Shown here one piece after another: positions 32,266 through 34,722 of a stretch of DNA of 34,722 bases. The stretch is taken from positions 1 to 34,722 of IMG/VR virus record IMGVR_UViG_3300028025_000010; one strand, written 5' to 3'. The notes under the pieces were generated by a model, which saw only the letters and a list, made by a program, of their open reading frames with translations, ran no database searches and was not told the DNA's origin. A program made the position numbers and the translations under genes. The stretch is from a virus. The first letter of the stretch is position 1; every line of letters begins with the position of its first letter.

Positions 32266-32379
32266 ATGAAAGACTTTAAAGGCGAATGGAAAGATGTATT
32301 TTGGGGAGCTGTGGCAGCAATCCTTATGCTTGCACCAGCGATGTTTGTGTATGTTTGGAAAACAGGGGGTGTATCGTGA
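32266..32379 (+). CDS. 37-aa single-TM micro-protein (not in the ORF track).
   Basis: GGAG lies 8 nt upstream. The product is MKDFKGEWKDVFWGAVAAILMLAPAMFVYVWKTGGVS. Its stop overlaps the next ATG (TGATG). Confidence 0.45.
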   Translation: MKDFKGEWKDVFWGAVAAILMLAPAMFVYVWKTGGVS

Positions 32380-32669
32380 TGAAATCGTATGATAGTTGGT
32401 TAGAAGATGGTGTAGACCAAGGTTCTCTACAAGATCAACAGGAATATGTGTGGACTACCTATATGAAACAAGGTAAGCCATGCGATCCAATGGATTTGGA
32501 TAACTTCCAAGAGTATCTTGCAGATGCAACTGCTGACTACAAAGGTGCGGAAAAGTGGGAAAACCTAAGACAGTATGCTGATAAAGGTGAATGGGAAAAG
32601 TTTGGTCGGGCTATTTATTTTTTAGTCCACGACCATATTGAAGATAAATTGATTGCGGAGGAAGAATAA
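32379..32669 (+). CDS. Hypothetical acidic protein (internal start of the 127-aa track ORF).
   Basis: MKSYDSWLEDGVDQ... The start is coupled to the upstream micro-ORF. The 5' extension from 32286 would overlap that ORF. Confidence 0.5.
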   Translation: MKSYDSWLEDGVDQGSLQDQQEYVWTTYMKQGKPCDPMDLDNFQEYLADATADYKGAEKWENLRQYADKGEWEKFGRAIYFLVHDHIEDKLIAEEE

Positions 32670-33202
32670 TGTCTAAATATTTAGAACTTAGGAATGTAGA
32701 TGTATCGGATAAGATCGAGAAGAAGAATGGCTTGTCTTATCTGTCTTGGGCATGGGCTGTAGACACATTGCTACAACACGATCCACAAGCTACTTGGTCG
32801 TATGGTCAGCCTGTAGTGTTTGGTGAGACTGTGATGGTGTTCTGTACAGTAAATGCCTTTGGTAAGTCGATGACTGCACAACTGCCGGTAATGGACTATC
32901 GCAATAAGGCAGTACCGAATCCCGATGCGTTTGCTGTTAATACTGCAATGCAAAGATGCCTGGCTAAAGCAATTGCTCTACATGGTCTCGGTTTATCTCT
33001 TTATGTCGGAGAGGATTTATGGGATGATATAGAGGTAGATTCTACAAAGTTTGTAGAAAAGATATTAGGTTCTCAGGATATCCCAGAACTAAAGGTGAAC
33101 TTTGCCCAAGCGTTCAAGGAAGTGTCTAAGGACAAAGAGGCAATGAAGAAGGTAAACGATGCCAAAGAAAAAAGAAAGGCAGAACTGAGTGAGACTAGCT
33201 GA
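32669..33202 (+). CDS. Sak / Rad52-like single-strand annealing protein (DUF1071 family).
   Basis: KKNGLSYLSWAWAVDTLLQHDPQATWSYG...MQRCLAKAIALHGLGLSLYVGEDL is the hallmark of Sak-type annealases. Confidence 0.75.
   Translation: MSKYLELRNVDVSDKIEKKNGLSYLSWAWAVDTLLQHDPQATWSYGQPVVFGETVMVFCTVNAFGKSMTAQLPVMDYRNKAVPNPDAFAVNTAMQRCLAKAIALHGLGLSLYVGEDLWDDIEVDSTKFVEKILGSQDIPELKVNFAQAFKEVSKDKEAMKKVNDAKEKRKAELSETS
33040..33058. repeat. Perfect 19-bp palindrome built from the TTCTACAAA control-region motif, inside the annealase gene.
   Basis: TTCTACAAA-G-TTTGTAGAA at 33040-33058. Confidence 0.9.
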
Positions 33203-33386
33203 TGTGCAGCCAGACAATGTGTGCTTCGAGTGCGGTAAGGCTTGGGGTACACATCCACTAAAGAGTTCGGAGAACCACAGATCATGGATAGACCTATGCG
33301 ATGTATGTTTAAAGCTCACAGCCGTAGTAGATGTTTCGGAATATGGTTATATGAAGGAAAATTGGGATGGAAAAAAAGTGGTGTAG
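33189..33386 (+). CDS. Small Zn-ribbon-like protein (GTG start).
   Basis: It carries the CFEC...CDVC cysteine pairs. The GTG at 33189 overlaps the end of the annealase gene. Confidence 0.4.
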   Translation: MRLADVQPDNVCFECGKAWGTHPLKSSENHRSWIDLCDVCLKLTAVVDVSEYGYMKENWDGKKVV

Positions 33387-33516
33387 TTCTTGTCAGGCTG
33401 ATAGACCAAAAGCTGGTTTTAAGCTGGTAGCAGCAGGAAATCGGATTCGCCCAGTTATGAGATGGAAATGCGAACATTGTTTAAAACGAGAGTCGGAGAG
33501 AAAATATGGCAAATAA
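33367..33516 (+). CDS. 49-aa Zn-ribbon protein (not in the ORF track).
   Basis: MEKKWCSSCQADRPKAGFKLVAAGNRIRPVMRWKCEHCLKRESERKYGK, with CxxC...CxxC. It overlaps both neighbouring genes by 11-20 nt. Confidence 0.45.
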   Translation: MEKKWCSSCQADRPKAGFKLVAAGNRIRPVMRWKCEHCLKRESERKYGK

Positions 33517-33760
33517 GTTTTTTCAAAAAGCAAGGCAAGTAGCAAGAGCCTTAGATGATGGTAATTATATTTATACCCCTAGTTCTACAGATATTACGAT
33601 TCGGTGGCGCAAAGTCTATGGGTATGTGCCTGCAAGCGAGCAAGCAAAGTATCAAAAGAAATGGGCTGAGTTTCGCGCACTAACAGCGAGAACTTTAGAG
33701 AATGTAGATGTGCCAGACATACCAGGAGTTGTGCAATGGAAAAAGTGGCAAAAATCCTAG
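33506..33760 (+). CDS. Hypothetical protein.
   Basis: 84-aa ORF with no recognised motif. Confidence 0.5.
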   Translation: MANKFFQKARQVARALDDGNYIYTPSSTDITIRWRKVYGYVPASEQAKYQKKWAEFRALTARTLENVDVPDIPGVVQWKKWQKS

Positions 33761-33852
33761 TAGAGATTGGTGTTTACATTTTGTTACCTTTTGCGATAAT
33801 AAAGGTGTCTTGGGAATTGGCAACTTCTTGGATTGAGGAATTAATAAAATGA
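33736..33852 (+). CDS. 38-aa hydrophobic micro-protein (not in the ORF track).
   Basis: MEKVAKILVEIGVYILLPFAIIKVSWELATSWIEELIK. The stop overlaps the next ATG as ATGA. Confidence 0.35.
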   Translation: MEKVAKILVEIGVYILLPFAIIKVSWELATSWIEELIK

Positions 33853-34073
33853 GAAACAAGCATTGTATGGAGGCTTTCTATAGAACCCTAAAGGAGATAG
33901 ACATTCCTACAGGGCAGTCTATAATCTGCGAGCATTTCTTTGCTTCGGGTTGGGATGCTGCCATCGATGCCTTGTCTCTCGCATACCAAAGGCAGTTTGA
34001 ACATGATGGAGTTGATACACAGCTTATTCGCAGAGACCCCCAAGAACCTATTGCCGATGACGATAAAGAATGA
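33849..34073 (+). CDS. Hypothetical protein.
   Basis: 74-aa ORF, coupled to the upstream gene. Confidence 0.5.
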   Translation: MRNKHCMEAFYRTLKEIDIPTGQSIICEHFFASGWDAAIDALSLAYQRQFEHDGVDTQLIRRDPQEPIADDDKE

Positions 34074-34251
34074 TTGGTATCCTGTATGCTTTCATTCCAA
34101 ATTAGATTACAAAAAGTGGCAGTATTACAGGAAGGGGTCAGGAGAGAGAGTTACAGTCTGTGATGACTGTAGCGATGAGTACCAAAAGAAAATGAAAGGG
34201 GAAAATCGGTGTTTTATGGCAGAGACCATGTACCGATCAAAATATGTCTGA
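34057..34251 (+). CDS. Small Cys-containing protein (internal start of the 103-aa track ORF).
   Basis: MTIKNDWYPVCFHS...VTVCDDCSDEY. ATG 34057 keeps the overlap with the upstream gene to 17 nt. Confidence 0.4.
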   Translation: MTIKNDWYPVCFHSKLDYKKWQYYRKGSGERVTVCDDCSDEYQKKMKGENRCFMAETMYRSKYV

Positions 34252-34411
34252 ACCAGTATCTCAAGCAGTAATGACAGTAACCGAGGTTGCTCCCTTTCAA
34301 TTTTCTATTGAAATTGTCGGATCAGATTTATCTTTAGAAGTTTCACAGATTATGGTAAAGTTTCTGAATGACTGCTTACAGCAGATTCATGCGGATCAAA
34401 AAATCCATTGA
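34244..34411 (+). CDS. 55-aa hypothetical protein (not in the ORF track).
   Basis: MSEPVSQAVMTVTEVAPFQFSIEIVGSDLSLEVSQIMVKFLNDCLQQIHADQKIH. It fills the gap before the exonuclease gene. Confidence 0.4.
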   Translation: MSEPVSQAVMTVTEVAPFQFSIEIVGSDLSLEVSQIMVKFLNDCLQQIHADQKIH

Positions 34412-34421
34412 AAGGGATTGT

Positions 34422-34722
34422 ATGGAACAAAGAACAGAAGAATGGTTTAGTGCCAGGCTAGGCAAGGTAACTGCTAGTCGGGTCGCAGATGTCTTAGCCA
34501 AGATAAAGTCTGGTGAGTCTGCAAGTCGCAAAAACTACAAGATGGAGCTAGTAGTTCAGCGATTGACAGGCAAGCCACAAGAGTCGTTTACCAATGCTGC
34601 AATGGAATGGGGTACAGAGCAAGAGCCATTCGCTAGGATGGCATACGAGGCTCATACAGGCACTTTCGTAAAGGAGGAGGGGTTCGTAGACCATCCCACG
34701 ATAGAAGGCTTTGGATGCTCTC
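34422..34722 (+). CDS. YqaJ-like recombination exonuclease, N-terminal part (continues at 1..437 via the terminal repeat).
   Basis: ATG 34422 is preceded by AAAGGGA. The product starts MEQRTEEWFSARLGKVTASRVADVL, the YqaJ N-terminal signature. The frame matches the ORF at 36..437. Confidence 0.8.
   Translation, partial: MEQRTEEWFSARLGKVTASRVADVLAKIKSGESASRKNYKMELVVQRLTGKPQESFTNAAMEWGTEQEPFARMAYEAHTGTFVKEEGFVDHPTIEGFGCS
34603..34722. repeat. Second copy of the 120-bp terminal direct repeat.
   Basis: Identical to 1..120. Confidence 0.95.

Overview
The window is a complete, circularly closed phage genome. Bases 1-120 are identical to 34603-34722, so the unique length is 34,602 bp. It looks like a podovirus-type dsDNA phage. 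I saw no tRNA, CRISPR array, integrase, DNA polymerase, primase/helicase or RNA polymerase.

Layout:
1. A long minus-strand late operon (26675 down to 1318). In order it carries a Q/sigma-r4-like regulator, a GT2 glycosyltransferase, a promoter-leader-terminator cassette, a Cys-rich HiPIP-like protein, three tiny basic proteins and two SAM methyltransferases. These are followed by TerS, TerL, portal, scaffold and major capsid (SU10/DUF5309-like). Next come a second glycosyltransferase, an adaptor, repeat-rich fibre and tail proteins, and Q/G-rich ejection proteins with an embedded GNAT. The operon ends with the tail fibres (LamG+SPRY) and a lysis cassette with a GTA-type holin and a GH24 lysozyme.
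2. A plus-strand two-gene island (26739-28111) with an HTH-metallophosphoesterase and a SprT-like protease.
3. A minus-strand early operon (31883 down to 28100) with a Cro-like HTH, a small nuclease, a Mom-like GNAT-fold protein and a YbcO-like protein.
4. A plus-strand early recombination operon (32037 through the junction to 1323) with a Sak/Rad52-like annealase, Zn-ribbon proteins, a YqaJ exonuclease, a mini-SSB ending in DDIPF and a PD-(D/E)XK nuclease.

Most notable findings:
- A ~110-nt multi-helix, pseudoknotted RNA element ending in a U-tract (31238-31361, minus strand).
- A lambda PR'-tR'-like late switch.
- A glycosyltransferase/methyltransferase set woven into the virion operon.
- A control region with six TCTACA motifs.

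All family assignments come from motifs read by eye and recalled family signatures. None comes from a database search.
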